A stretch of DNA of 38,181 nt from Patescibacteria group bacterium (GTDB lineage: Bacteria > Patescibacteriota > Gracilibacteria > BD1-5 > UBA2023), in the NCBI GenBank assembly GCA_049301335.1, contig JBAQKV010000073.1, positions 1 through 38,181 on the forward strand, in the 5' to 3' direction. Of this stretch, positions 16,657 to 25,484 are shown piece by piece. A program made the translations under genes and the position numbers. The notes under the pieces are model-generated. The model was not told the origin of the DNA, ran no database searches, and saw nothing but the letters and a program-made list of their open reading frames with translations. Every line of letters starts with the position of its first letter. Position 1 is the stretch's first letter.

Positions 16657-18468
16657 TTACGCCATTTTCCGCAGTTTCGCGATTTCGGCGCGCATATTTT
16701 CCCGAGCGCGTTCTTGAAACCGTTCTTTTCCGTACTGCGTGACGAACAGGTTTTCGTCGGCGATCCATTTTTCGAGCATTTCCAGACGTCCTTTGACGAA
16801 TTCCCGCCCCGGATAGATGCCGAATTCCGCGACGATGTCGGAAACGTAGAGCGCGTAGCGTTCCGGCGAAGAACCCAAGATGGACATGTCCAAGTCGTGG
16901 AGGATCATCGAGAGGTATTCTTTGGGCTTTTCCCCGCTCGCGTGCGCGGTGTCGCGCACTAACTGGTACACGTTTTCGATGCGGTGGTTGCCGACCCCGC
17001 GCGACGAGAGGGCGCGCTTGGCGTATTCGGCGCTGTGGATTTCGTTGTCGCGGTAATACGTCTTTTTCACTTCGTAGACCGAATCGTGGAAGAGGATGGC
17101 CACGGCGAGCGTCGCCATCTCTTCTTGCGGCATGTCGGTGGCGACGGCGCGTTCGAAAAGGTTCCCGAGGAGTTCGACGATGTGTTCCCAGGTGTGGTAG
17201 AAGCGGTGGGGCTCCTCGTGTTTTTTCTTGAGTTCCGCCACGAGCGCCGCGGATTCGAGTTCGCTGATTCCGAACATTCTCAAGGCCATTTGAGCGCGAA
17301 GTTCGCCGAAAACGTCGATCTTGGCGAGGATGTCGAAAAGCGCTTTTCTCGCGTCGACCGGGCTTTCGCCGTTGTCGTACGCGAGGACCGAGCCGTTCTT
17401 ATTCTCTTCGATGGTCGACTCCAATTTGGCGATCTTGTCTTCTCCCGACATCTGGAGCGAGAACATTTTGAGCACGTCTTCGCGCGACATCGTGCGCCCG
17501 CCTTTCGCGTAGCGGGGAATAACGCGTTCCACGCGGGTTTCCACCGGAGCCGTGACGACCACGGCGTGGTGGTTGCCCAAATGCGTGAGCCCGAATTCCA
17601 CGAGGAGCGCCGCGTCGACGAGCACGATGCCCTGCTTTCCCGCGACCATGTCGCCATAGCGGAGGAGCATGGGCTTGCGGAGGATCGAATTGAGCGTTTC
17701 GACGCTTCCGGGATTTTCCCGAACGATGCGCGCGAGTTCGGCGCGGTCGATGAAACCGTCCGCCGTCACGACCGATTCGCCGAACGCTTCCGCCACTTTT
17801 CGGCGGGTTTTGTCGTAAATCGGATCGGTGAGGGAAAAATAGATTTCGTGCGCGATGGAGTCGTAGTCGACGTACGTACAGGGGACTCAGAGTTCGCGTG
17901 AGACGTCCGCGATTTTGCGGGAAAGCGTGGATTTTCCCGCACCCATTTCGCCCGTGACGCAGACCGGATACTGGCGGATGATTCGCGATTCGAGCGCCTG
18001 TTTGACGGTCGACGAAACGAAGCTCGAAATGTCGTGCCCGACCTTGAGACATTCCTTCACGCCCGAGGAACTGATTTCCGCGTACGGCGAATCGGCTTCG
18101 GCGTGGATGACGTCGATGAAAAGGTCCGGATTTTCCCGAAGGTAGTAGAACTTGAGCGTGGTTTCGGCGGCTTCGTCCAAGACGTTGCGCACTCCGCGGA
18201 CGAGATTGGGGATGTCCTCGCGCATCATGTACTTGGCGAGCGATCCCGGAACGAGGCGCACGTCTTCCGGCGGAACGTCGAGGCTTTTCTGCGCGAGGCG
18301 GAGGCGTTCCCATTGGGCGAAGGCGTAGTTCTTCTTGGGGTCGTTCGCGATGCCGACGAGAACCCTGCCTTTATATTTCTCGCGGGCCTTGTCGAGAACC
18401 GAAGAATGACCGAGCGTCCACGGATCGGCGGAGAGGGCGTAGAGTGCTTCGGGCGGGAGCGGGCGCAT
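16657..18468 (-). CDS. Fusion protein (603 aa): phosphopantetheine adenylyltransferase-like domain, dephospho-CoA kinase, and a C-terminal HD-domain phosphohydrolase. One in-frame UGA.
   Basis: N-terminal 'LSADPWTLGHSSVLDKA' resembles the CoaD (H/T)xGH nucleotidyltransferase motif. The P-loop 'VTGEMGAGKSTL' is followed by 'SREL[TGA]VPCTYVDYDSIAHEIY', which aligns to CoaE 'fadLGinvIDADiiA', putting the TGA (17887-17889) on the Gly. The rest of CoaE continues in ORF 16657..17796, in the same frame. The HD domain shows 'YHTWEHIVELL...ILFHDSVYE'. TAA stop. Confidence 0.8.
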
Positions 18469-18526
18469 GCGTTTGCCGTAACGGGTATTTGGATATTTAT
18501 ACTTGCGGGATGAAAAAGGTCAAACA

Positions 18527-18556
18527 CGAAAAAACCCACCCCGCGAGGGATGGGTT
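18527..18556 (-). terminator. Rho-independent terminator of the ABC operon
   Basis: On the minus strand: AACCCATCCCtcgcGGGGTGGGTTttttcg. Confidence 0.6.
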
Positions 18557-18606
18557 CGGTTTTTTCTCCTTTCCGGCCATCGGATTTCTCCGAAGCCCTC
18601 GTTGGT

Positions 18607-19449
18607 TTACAGGTTCGCGAAGTCCTTGCGGATTTCGCGTGACAACTGGGCGAATTCCGGTTTGTTCCGGATGTCGGGATCCCATGCGAGGCCCATGGCC
18701 GCCAGGTCGTAGACCTTTTGGATGCGGGCGCCCACGCTGTTGCCTTTTTCGTCGCGATCGCGGCCGATGAGCCAGATCGTGTCGGCGACGACGATCGCCG
18801 TGCTGATGTCGTGGGTAGTGATGACGCTCGTATTGAGTTCGTCGAGCATCGACACGTCCAGAATCAGCTTGCAGGCTTCGTCCTTCATCAGGGGGTCGAG
18901 GCCCGAGAAGGGCTCGTCCATGAGGAGGAAGTGGTTGCTGCACAGCAGTTGCTGCACGATGGCCACCCGTTGCCGTTGTCCGCCGGAGAGTTCGGCTGGA
19001 TAGGCGCGGGCTTTGTCGCCGATACCGAATTTCTTCAGGTATTCCATAGCTTTGGCCTTGCCCTCCTCCTCTTTCATGCCGGCTTGCGACGTTGCCAGAA
19101 GCAGGTTGCCCATGACGGTGCGGTGACGGAAGAGCGTGTAGTGTTGCGACACGACGCCCACCATCCCCGCTTTCACGGGTTTCAATTCCGGGGAAACGAG
19201 CACTTGGCCCGAAACCTGGACGGGATCGTCTTTCGCGGTTTGGAGCGGCTGGAGGCCGGCCAATATGCGGAAGAGCTGCGTCTTGCCGACCCCGGAAGGG
19301 CCGAGCAGGCATACGACTTGCCCTTGGTCTACCCCAGGGCGGACGATGTTGCGGATTTCGGCGTTCGCGTTTTTCAGAACGGGTTTCCCGTCGAACGAAA
19401 GCGATACGTCCCGAACCTGCAAGATCGGTTCCATGACTTGGTAGTTCAT
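18607..19449 (-). CDS. ABC transporter ATP-binding protein (NitT/TauT-like)
   Basis: Walker A 'GPSGVGKT', signature 'LSGGQRQR', Walker B 'LLMDEP', H-loop 'TTHD'. TAA stop. Confidence 0.9.
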   Translation of the reverse strand: MNYQVMEPILQVRDVSLSFDGKPVLKNANAEIRNIVRPGVDQGQVVCLLGPSGVGKTQLFRILAGLQPLQTAKDDPVQVSGQVLVSPELKPVKAGMVGVVSQHYTLFRHRTVMGNLLLATSQAGMKEEEGKAKAMEYLKKFGIGDKARAYPAELSGGQRQRVAIVQQLLCSNHFLLMDEPFSGLDPLMKDEACKLILDVSMLDELNTSVITTHDISTAIVVADTIWLIGRDRDEKGNSVGARIQKVYDLAAMGLAWDPDIRNKPEFAQLSREIRKDFANL

Positions 19450-19452
19450 GTC

Positions 19453-20226
19453 TTATTCCTTCCCGAGTTTGGAGTAGGGGCAGACGAAGTCCTTGAAGAA
19501 TTCCAAGAACAGGTCGAGAGCCACGCCGATGACGACGACGGTGATCTGGATGGCGAACACCGCGTCCAGGTGGAGGTACTTGTTGTTGTCGATGAGCATG
19601 ACGCCCATGCCCCCTTCCGAGTGGACGAGGCCTTCGACCATGGTAAGCATCATCCAGCCCATGGCGACGTTCTGCCGGATGACTTCGAGCGCTTGGTCGG
19701 CGGTTCCCCGCATGACCACTTCGCTCCACACCTGCCATTCGGACATGCCGAGCGTGCGGGCGAGGTCGTATTCTTCCTTGGGAATGTCCTTGATGACCGC
19801 GAGCATCGACGTGACGAGCCATACGGCCATGCCGAACACCAGAAGCCAGAGTTTGAGCTCGTGGCCCTTGAAGATCAGCATCAGCGCGAACGACAAGCCG
19901 ACGAGGCTGTTGAAGCGGAGCTTGGTGACGAGCACGACCGCGGGGCGGACGTAGTGGGAAAATTTCGGTACGACCGAGAGATATGCCAGGCCGAGGCTGA
20001 TGACCACGGTAACGGCGATTGCTTCGGCAGTGAGCAGGAGGCTCGTGCCGATGTCGACGAGAAACCCTTCGGACATGAGTTTCAGCCAAGCATCCCAGAT
20101 TTCCCAAGGTTTGGGGAGGAGCGAGGCCGGAGCCATGCTCCAAAGCGCGACGGCGACCACGATTTGGATGAAGACCATGTAGGTCGTCAGCCGCGAGGGC
20201 GTCGCGTTGGAAAGAGTAGCGTTCAT
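19453..20226 (-). CDS. ABC transporter permease (257 aa, multi-TM)
   Basis: Six or so hydrophobic segments. Its stop lies 3 nt before the ATPase start. TAA stop. Confidence 0.8.
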   Translation of the reverse strand: MNATLSNATPSRLTTYMVFIQIVVAVALWSMAPASLLPKPWEIWDAWLKLMSEGFLVDIGTSLLLTAEAIAVTVVISLGLAYLSVVPKFSHYVRPAVVLVTKLRFNSLVGLSFALMLIFKGHELKLWLLVFGMAVWLVTSMLAVIKDIPKEEYDLARTLGMSEWQVWSEVVMRGTADQALEVIRQNVAMGWMMLTMVEGLVHSEGGMGVMLIDNNKYLHLDAVFAIQITVVVIGVALDLFLEFFKDFVCPYSKLGKE

Positions 20227-20253
20227 TGCGGTATCCCTTCTTCACGGTTTCGA

Positions 20254-20288
20254 AAGAAAAGGGGAGCGGGTTGCCCCGCCCCCCAGTT
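20254..20288 (-). terminator. Terminator/attenuator-like hairpin between the binding-protein-OmpA gene and the permease
   Basis: On the minus strand: GGGGGGCGGGGcaaCCCGCTCCCCttttctttcg, an imperfect stem followed by a T-tract. Confidence 0.45.
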
Positions 20289-20325
20289 TGTTGAAGCATT
20301 CGCAACCGCGCCTTCCGAAGAAGGA

Positions 20326-22158
20326 TCAGTTGCTCACGTTACCGACCACAATCTGCACGCGGCGGTTCTTCTGCCGCGCGTCCGCGCTCGTACCTTGCGC
20401 GACGGGTTGGCTCGACCCGTGACCGAACGTCTCGACCCGGTTGTCCGGGAAATTCGAGGGAGCGTTGGTCATCAGGTAAAGTTTCACCGCGTCGGCGCGT
20501 TTCTTCGAGAGCGGATAGTTCGTCGCATCCCCACCGACGTCGTCGGTGTGTCCGTGGATCTCGACCTTGAGGGTTTTGCTCAAAGCGAGGTTACGGAGAA
20601 TCTGACGCAGTTGGCGCTCCGATTCGGGACGAATCGTAGCCTTGCCCGAGTCGAACTCGATGCTCCAGTTGCCGTCGGCCACCACCGTTTCGATCGGCTT
20701 GTCCGAGAAGACGAGCTTTTCTTTCGCGGTTGCGGCTTTGGCGCCCGGGACTTCGTCAACGACGGCCTGCAAGTAGCTGGTGTTCACCACGCTTTCGCAC
20801 TTGGGGAAGCTCGGGATGAGCGCCTTGTAGTACTTGACGTAGTGTTCGCCGAACTCGCTGTAGACCATGCAATAGGTGTTGTCCTTACCGTAGAGACCGA
20901 AATAGCTGGCCGCTTCGGCAAAGCCCATCGCACGCGAACCGCCCAGGGAAATCGGGTGGCCCGTCTTGTCGTTTTCCACGACGCCGTAGTAGTACTTGGC
21001 CCACCATTCCGGGGTTTGCTCGCCGAAGACTTTCGCCTCGACGCGCGCTGCCCGCAGAACGGCTTCCTTGCCGCCGGAGATGATGACTTCGCTGCCTTCG
21101 AGAGCCGCGCGCAGGATGGCTTTCGGGATTTCCGGATGAGCTTTCATCCAGTCCCGGTTGCCGATCAGCACGGAGGCCATCTGTTGGTTGAAGTCCTTCG
21201 TGGACGATACCGCGGCCAGACCGCCCTTGTTCATGGCGACGTTGACGTCGCCAGGAGTCCAGGTAGCCGTGCCTTGCACGCACACGTTTTTCTTTTCACC
21301 GGTAGGCTTGCCGTTCTTGACGACGCGGCGGTCTTCGCAGTGGCCGTTGATGTAATAGCCGTCCGCGATGGCGAACGAGTCCGTGAACACGAAGTTGATC
21401 GCGTCCGGGTCGTACGTCTTGTCGTCGGGGTTGATGGGAATCTGGTTGAGTTTCAACCAGGGGAGACCGACGTTGTAGTCGCCGTCGCGGGCTACCAGGG
21501 CGATGACCATGCCGCGGGCGAGTTGGGGGTTCTTAGCCACCTCGATGGGCAGCATGAACTTGTCCTCGCCGTTGGAAAAGCCGAACGCGCCGATGATTTC
21601 CGCACCCTGGCCGAGTTTCGCCAGTTGTTCGTTCAGCCCGGCCATGTAGGCCGAGCCGGCGTCGCCCATGATGATCGAGAAGGCGGTACCTTGGGGGCAG
21701 GATTGCCCTTTCTTGTAGCCTTCGGCGAACATCAGATGGCCGGCTTGGGCCTTGTCGTAACTATCTTCCGGCATGCGGACGATCTTCACGTTGGCGCCGT
21801 ACTTGGCCATCAGGCTCCCCACCGTGGTCTCTTGCCCGCCGTTGGCGAGGTGGAGGCCGATGGTGGCTTGCCAGGGAATGGTCGAAATTTCGACTTGGCA
21901 ACCCTTGCCGAACAGTTGGGTGGAACCGCCGTTGACGACTTCGGCCACGGTGGCGGCCGAAACCGACACCGGAGCCTGTTCGGCCTTGGTGGAAAAACCT
22001 TGCGTGTTCGGCACCGAAGCGGCCACCGTGGGTTTGGTGAACAGCTCGGGCTTGGCTTGGTAGGCGAAAGAAATGGCCGTCGCGAGGCCGACTGCCGCCA
22101 GAAGCGACATGGTGACCTTGAAACGGGTGGAATTCTTCCGGGGGATGTCGTTACTCAT
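20326..22158 (-). CDS. Membrane-anchored periplasmic substrate-binding-like protein fused to a C-terminal OmpA-like peptidoglycan-binding domain (610 aa)
   Basis: N-terminal anchor 'MSNDIPRKNSTRFKVTMSLLAAVGLATAISFAY'. The C-terminus 'VEIHGHTDDVGGDATNYPLSKKRADAVKLYL...NRRVQIVV' is an OmpA_C-type motif. The central region is an SsuA/NMT1-like binding-protein fold, judged from operon context and composition only. The first stop is TGA 20326-20328. Confidence 0.65.
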   Translation of the reverse strand: MSNDIPRKNSTRFKVTMSLLAAVGLATAISFAYQAKPELFTKPTVAASVPNTQGFSTKAEQAPVSVSAATVAEVVNGGSTQLFGKGCQVEISTIPWQATIGLHLANGGQETTVGSLMAKYGANVKIVRMPEDSYDKAQAGHLMFAEGYKKGQSCPQGTAFSIIMGDAGSAYMAGLNEQLAKLGQGAEIIGAFGFSNGEDKFMLPIEVAKNPQLARGMVIALVARDGDYNVGLPWLKLNQIPINPDDKTYDPDAINFVFTDSFAIADGYYINGHCEDRRVVKNGKPTGEKKNVCVQGTATWTPGDVNVAMNKGGLAAVSSTKDFNQQMASVLIGNRDWMKAHPEIPKAILRAALEGSEVIISGGKEAVLRAARVEAKVFGEQTPEWWAKYYYGVVENDKTGHPISLGGSRAMGFAEAASYFGLYGKDNTYCMVYSEFGEHYVKYYKALIPSFPKCESVVNTSYLQAVVDEVPGAKAATAKEKLVFSDKPIETVVADGNWSIEFDSGKATIRPESERQLRQILRNLALSKTLKVEIHGHTDDVGGDATNYPLSKKRADAVKLYLMTNAPSNFPDNRVETFGHGSSQPVAQGTSADARQKNRRVQIVVGNVSN

Positions 22159-22188
22159 GGATGAGTCTCCTTCGTAATGTTCGTGGGT

Positions 22189-23124
22189 TTACTTCTTGCC
22201 GGCAGGCTTGAGATGGCCGTACCACGGCCAGGCCGGGTCGGTCATCGGGCTGTAGGTGATCCAGAAAGCGTGGAACTGTCGTCCCGCGCCGCTCTTCAGC
22301 GTCTGCCGCGTGCCGTCTTTCGTCATGCACGCGAAGAGTTTCTGGATGGCCTTCGTCTCGGGGGCCCCTTCCGGCCAGTTCCGGGCGGATGCCAGGATGG
22401 TACGGACCGTGAGGGTCGAGGCGCTGCCGCCCAAGTTCTTGTAGCTGATCGTTTTCATGCGGTAGAAGCCGCCGTTCGTGATGGCGAGATCCTTGACGTC
22501 GTTCCAGCGGTCGTAGACCACCAGGTGGGCGTCGGGATCGTTGATGCCTTCGATCCAGGGGACCGGAGCGTAGCCGATGCCGACGATCGTGTCGAGTTTC
22601 CCTTCGTTCCACGCCTTGAGCATGGCTTTCTGGGGATCCTTTTCACGGTCGAAGTTCACGACCTTGGGACGTACCGGCGAACCGGAACGCTCGCTCTTGG
22701 CCGCCATCACGCGGAACGTGACCGCCGAGCCGCCGAAGACGCCGACCGTTTTCCCGTTGAGATCGGAAAAATTGACGGTGTTCGGGTTGCGGCTGATCAT
22801 GTGGATGGCGTTGTCGTAGAACGGGAGGATGGTCTTGATGTTCTCGACCTCCGCTTCCCGCCCTTCGATGTTCTTGGCCACCCACATCTGGTCCGCGTTG
22901 ACGAAGCAGGCGGTCACCTTGCCCAAGAGGCAGTTCTCCAGATTTTCCGGAGCGCCGGAGCTCTTGGTTTCGATGATGCCCGCGTCGGGGCAGACTTCCT
23001 GCATGTTGGCCGTGGCCTGGGTATACACGCCGGTGCCCGGACCGGTCGAGATCGTGAGATCGTCGGCCAGTGCGGAGGCGGAAACCAGGGCGGCCAAGCA
23101 CGCGATGAGCGCGATTTTCTTCAT
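22189..23124 (-). CDS. TAXI-family (TRAP-associated-type) periplasmic solute-binding protein
   Basis: Signal peptide 'MKKIALIACLAALVSASALA'. 'ISTGPGTGVYTQ' and 'DLNGKTVGVFGGSAVT' resemble TAXI signatures. No TRAP permease is nearby. TAA stop. Confidence 0.55.
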   Translation of the reverse strand: MKKIALIACLAALVSASALADDLTISTGPGTGVYTQATANMQEVCPDAGIIETKSSGAPENLENCLLGKVTACFVNADQMWVAKNIEGREAEVENIKTILPFYDNAIHMISRNPNTVNFSDLNGKTVGVFGGSAVTFRVMAAKSERSGSPVRPKVVNFDREKDPQKAMLKAWNEGKLDTIVGIGYAPVPWIEGINDPDAHLVVYDRWNDVKDLAITNGGFYRMKTISYKNLGGSASTLTVRTILASARNWPEGAPETKAIQKLFACMTKDGTRQTLKSGAGRQFHAFWITYSPMTDPAWPWYGHLKPAGKK

Positions 23125-23125
23125 G

Positions 23126-23512
23126 TCATTGTCCCTTCTTGTCGATTTTCAGATTGGCGTAGGGATCGGAAGATTCCTGAGCCGGACTGGAACTGGGTTG
23201 CTCGCCGGCCTTGTCGCGCGGTTTGGCGCGGGGTTGGTCCGTGAGGGGCGCCGTAGCGATCGGGTCGGGTGCCGGTTTGGATTCTTCGGCCTTCGGTTGC
23301 GGGGCTTGCGCCTGCGCTTCCTGGGGCGTGGATTTCCAGCCGGTTTCCGCCGGTGCCCGCGTCGCCGCGGCCGCTTCGGCCTTCTTGGCGCGGAATTCGT
23401 CGTAGTGGGGTTTCGCGAAGACCAGAAGTCCCGCGATCAGTACTGCCGCGACGAACGAAACGGTCAGGTTGAAACGCTTCGAGTTGCGGCGGGGAATCGG
23501 ATTCGAACTCAT
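23126..23512 (-). CDS. Small N-terminally anchored Pro/Ala/Gln-rich protein (128 aa)
   Basis: I place the start at the internal ATG 23512, with AAGGAA upstream. The N-terminus 'MSSNPIPRRNSKRFNLTVSFVAAVLIAGLLVFA' is paralogous to the anchor of the 610-aa protein. The stop is TGA 23126-23128, 1 nt before the next ATG. Confidence 0.5.
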   Translation of the reverse strand: MSSNPIPRRNSKRFNLTVSFVAAVLIAGLLVFAKPHYDEFRAKKAEAAAATRAPAETGWKSTPQEAQAQAPQPKAEESKPAPDPIATAPLTDQPRAKPRDKAGEQPSSSPAQESSDPYANLKIDKKGQ

Positions 23513-23564
23513 TCGGGTTCCTTTCGAAGAAAGTGCGGGCGCCGCCGGAGCGGCGCCCATGGGC

Positions 23565-24530
23565 TTAGCGGTCGAGCAAACGCGACGCTTGGCCACCTAC
23601 CGGCACGGCGTCCGGAATGCGGACGGCGGTGCCTTCGATGGTGCGCATGCGTTCCGTCAGGTACTTCTTGGCGTTGGCCAAGCCGACCTTGTCCTGGGTA
23701 CGGGCGGCGTTGATGAGGGTCTGCATTTGGAGCTGCATGCCCTCGAGTTCGCCGAACGTCTGGCCCAGTTGGCGGACGATGTTTTCGCGGGCCGCGATGG
23801 CGTTGTCCTTTTCGGGATTGTTGCCAAAGAGGTTGCGAAGCACGTTGTTGACTGCGGAGAGCGACGCGTTGGCGGTATGTTGCGCGGTGGACACCCGCAT
23901 CAGGATCGCGTATTGCTTGACGCCGCGGTCCTGGAATTCGGCGAAGAGCCGAATGGTAGCGAGCGGTTCGCGCAACTGTTCCACCATGTCGTCGTAGACC
24001 TTCTTTTCGGCGCGCAGGCCGGCGGTTTCCAGTTCCAGGTCGCTGATCTCGCTCTGGGTGAGGCCGTTATCGCCTTGGAGGGCGTTCACGATCTCGTCGA
24101 GACGTTCCTGGATGGTATTCGCCTGGTCTTTGTTCGTCTTCTCGACCCCCTTGATGACGGATTCGCCATCCTTGGTTTCTTGAAGCTTCGCCTTGAGATA
24201 GTCGTACCAGATGGCCATCTGCTCCAGCGGGTAGTTTTCCCGCATGAAGTTGATGGCCTGGTAGCCCATCACCGCGATGAAGTTCTTGACCGCCGGCCAG
24301 AGGGCTTGGGCGGTCACGATGCCGACGAACGCGCACCCGGCGAGGATCCCGATCCGAACCAGCATGTTGCCGATGTCGAATACGTTCTCCAGTGCCGTGA
24401 GCACGTGGGGGCCGGCGTAATTCACGCCGACTACGGCGACCGCGCCCATCGCGAGCCAGGAGAGGCCGCGGGCGACCTTTTCCTTCGTCGGGACGGGGAA
24501 GTCGTAATGCGTCAGTTTGTTCGATGCCAT
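23565..24530 (-). CDS. Membrane protein with two N-terminal TM segments and a long coiled-coil C-terminal region (321 aa)
   Basis: 'LSWLAMGAVAVVGVNYAG' and 'IGILAGCAFVGIVTAQALW' are hydrophobic segments, followed by heptad-like Q/E/L-rich sequence. TAA stop. Confidence 0.55.
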   Translation of the reverse strand: MASNKLTHYDFPVPTKEKVARGLSWLAMGAVAVVGVNYAGPHVLTALENVFDIGNMLVRIGILAGCAFVGIVTAQALWPAVKNFIAVMGYQAINFMRENYPLEQMAIWYDYLKAKLQETKDGESVIKGVEKTNKDQANTIQERLDEIVNALQGDNGLTQSEISDLELETAGLRAEKKVYDDMVEQLREPLATIRLFAEFQDRGVKQYAILMRVSTAQHTANASLSAVNNVLRNLFGNNPEKDNAIAARENIVRQLGQTFGELEGMQLQMQTLINAARTQDKVGLANAKKYLTERMRTIEGTAVRIPDAVPVGGQASRLLDR

Positions 24531-24540
24531 GAGGCCTCCC

Positions 24541-25155
24541 TTACTTGTTGGATGACAAAAGGTTCTTCATTTGGGCGTTCCAGTCCTGCAGGATCTGCGC
24601 GCCAGCTTGGGATTTCTCCCGGCTCGTCGCGATTTCCCGCTGGGCGTTCGCCAAAGAAGCTTCAGCCTGGCCGATCTGTTCGGTCAGGCTGGCGAGCTCC
24701 GCTTCCTTCGCCTGCTTCGTCGCGCGCAGCGTTTCGAGCCGCTCCGACGGAGCGGTGACCTTGTCCCGTTCTTCGATCGACACCTCGTTCATCACTTGTT
24801 GGATGACCGAGGCGACGGCTTCGTCGGTTTGGGACAAGAGTTCGGCCAAATCCGCCTGGCTGAGCCGGGCTTGTTTGGTCACGATGCGCATACGGGACGC
24901 GGGATCCGGAACGTCTTCGGCGATGAGCGCCGCGTTTTCCAGAAGCTCCTTGAGCTTCGGGACGTTCCGGGCGACCGTTTCGACCAGCACGGCCTTGAAG
25001 GCGTCGCTGACCGCCGCCGAAGCGGGGGATGAAACGGTCACCACGTGGGCGATGGATGCGGGTGGTTGGGAGGTCGCCGAAGTGCCAGAGGCCTCCTCAG
25101 CGCCGTCGTCACCGTAACGGAAACGTTCCCATGCTTTCGAAAGGCCGTCTAACAT
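24541..25155 (-). CDS. Coiled-coil protein (204 aa), first gene of the minus-strand operon
   Basis: AAGGAG lies 7 nt upstream of ATG 25155. The C-terminal segment 'LETLRATKQAKEAELASLTEQIGQAEASLANAQREIATSREKSQ' is coiled-coil-like. TAA stop. Confidence 0.55.
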   Translation of the reverse strand: MLDGLSKAWERFRYGDDGAEEASGTSATSQPPASIAHVVTVSSPASAAVSDAFKAVLVETVARNVPKLKELLENAALIAEDVPDPASRMRIVTKQARLSQADLAELLSQTDEAVASVIQQVMNEVSIEERDKVTAPSERLETLRATKQAKEAELASLTEQIGQAEASLANAQREIATSREKSQAGAQILQDWNAQMKNLLSSNK

Positions 25156-25258
25156 GTCTTAGCTCCTTGATTGTGGTCGGTAGGGGCAGGCGGATGCCGA
25201 CCCCTGATGTTAATGAGCGATGCTTCCTCCTAGCGTGGTAAAACCCCCGGATGGGGAT

Positions 25259-25333
25259 TTGACAATCACTAGGATTACGGGTGATAATAGTATTATTCGG
25301 AGATTGTCAATCCTAATTATTACGAATTGTCAA
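25259..25333. promoter_or_regulatory. Cluster of TTGACAAT/ATTGTCAA octamers in the divergent intergenic region
   Basis: TTGACAAT at 25259-25266, ATTGTCAA at 25303-25310 and 25326-25333, and a fourth TTGACAAT at 25421-25428. On the minus strand the middle copies read TTGACA and may be -35 boxes for the operon starting at 25155. Confidence 0.4.
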
Positions 25334-25420
25334 ATTATGGCCGTCCGTTCGGGCGGAACGGTCGCGATAATGGAACGCGCGTATACGGATGTTGATGTGC
25401 GCACGTAGGCATTTCGATTA

Positions 25421-25448
25421 TTGACAATATAACGAACGTCGGTAAAAC
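25421..25448 (+). promoter_or_regulatory. Putative promoter of the NhaD-like gene
   Basis: TTGACA, 16-nt spacer, TAAAAC. AGGAG (25472-25476) lies 8 nt before ATG 25485. Confidence 0.45.
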
Positions 25449-25484
25449 AATTTCGCTACCCGTTCTTTTACAGGAGAAAAACTT

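Noticed and set aside
19453-22158. A genuine binding-protein-OmpA-permease fusion produced by reading through TGA 20326 and 20242
   Set aside because: The 34-codon linker spans a GC hairpin plus T-tract and translates to non-protein-like sequence ('SFFGRRGCECFNKLGGGATRSPFLSKP'). The permease has its own ATG. Placing a periplasmic OmpA domain directly before the permease N-terminus is also topologically awkward.
18718-22164. Very long alternative-frame or antisense ORFs in the track. Examples: 18718..22164 (+, 1148 aa), 11592..13967 (-, 791 aa), 6395..8245 (-, 616 aa), 18497..20305 (-, 602 aa), 4724..6208 (-, 494 aa), 9011..10456 (-, 481 aa), 31974..33230 (-, 418 aa).
   Set aside because: These are typical GC-rich-genome artefacts. 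They are Arg/Gly/Pro/Val/His-rich low-complexity translations with no recognisable motifs. Each lies opposite to, or out of frame with, genes that carry clear family signatures (ABC ATPase, NAPRT, AAA+, SOD and others).
25220-25408. 62-aa ORF in the AT-rich intergenic region upstream of the NhaD-like gene
   Set aside because: There is no SD, and its codon usage is unlike the rest of the genome. It overlaps the octamer and promoter cluster, so the region is more likely regulatory DNA.
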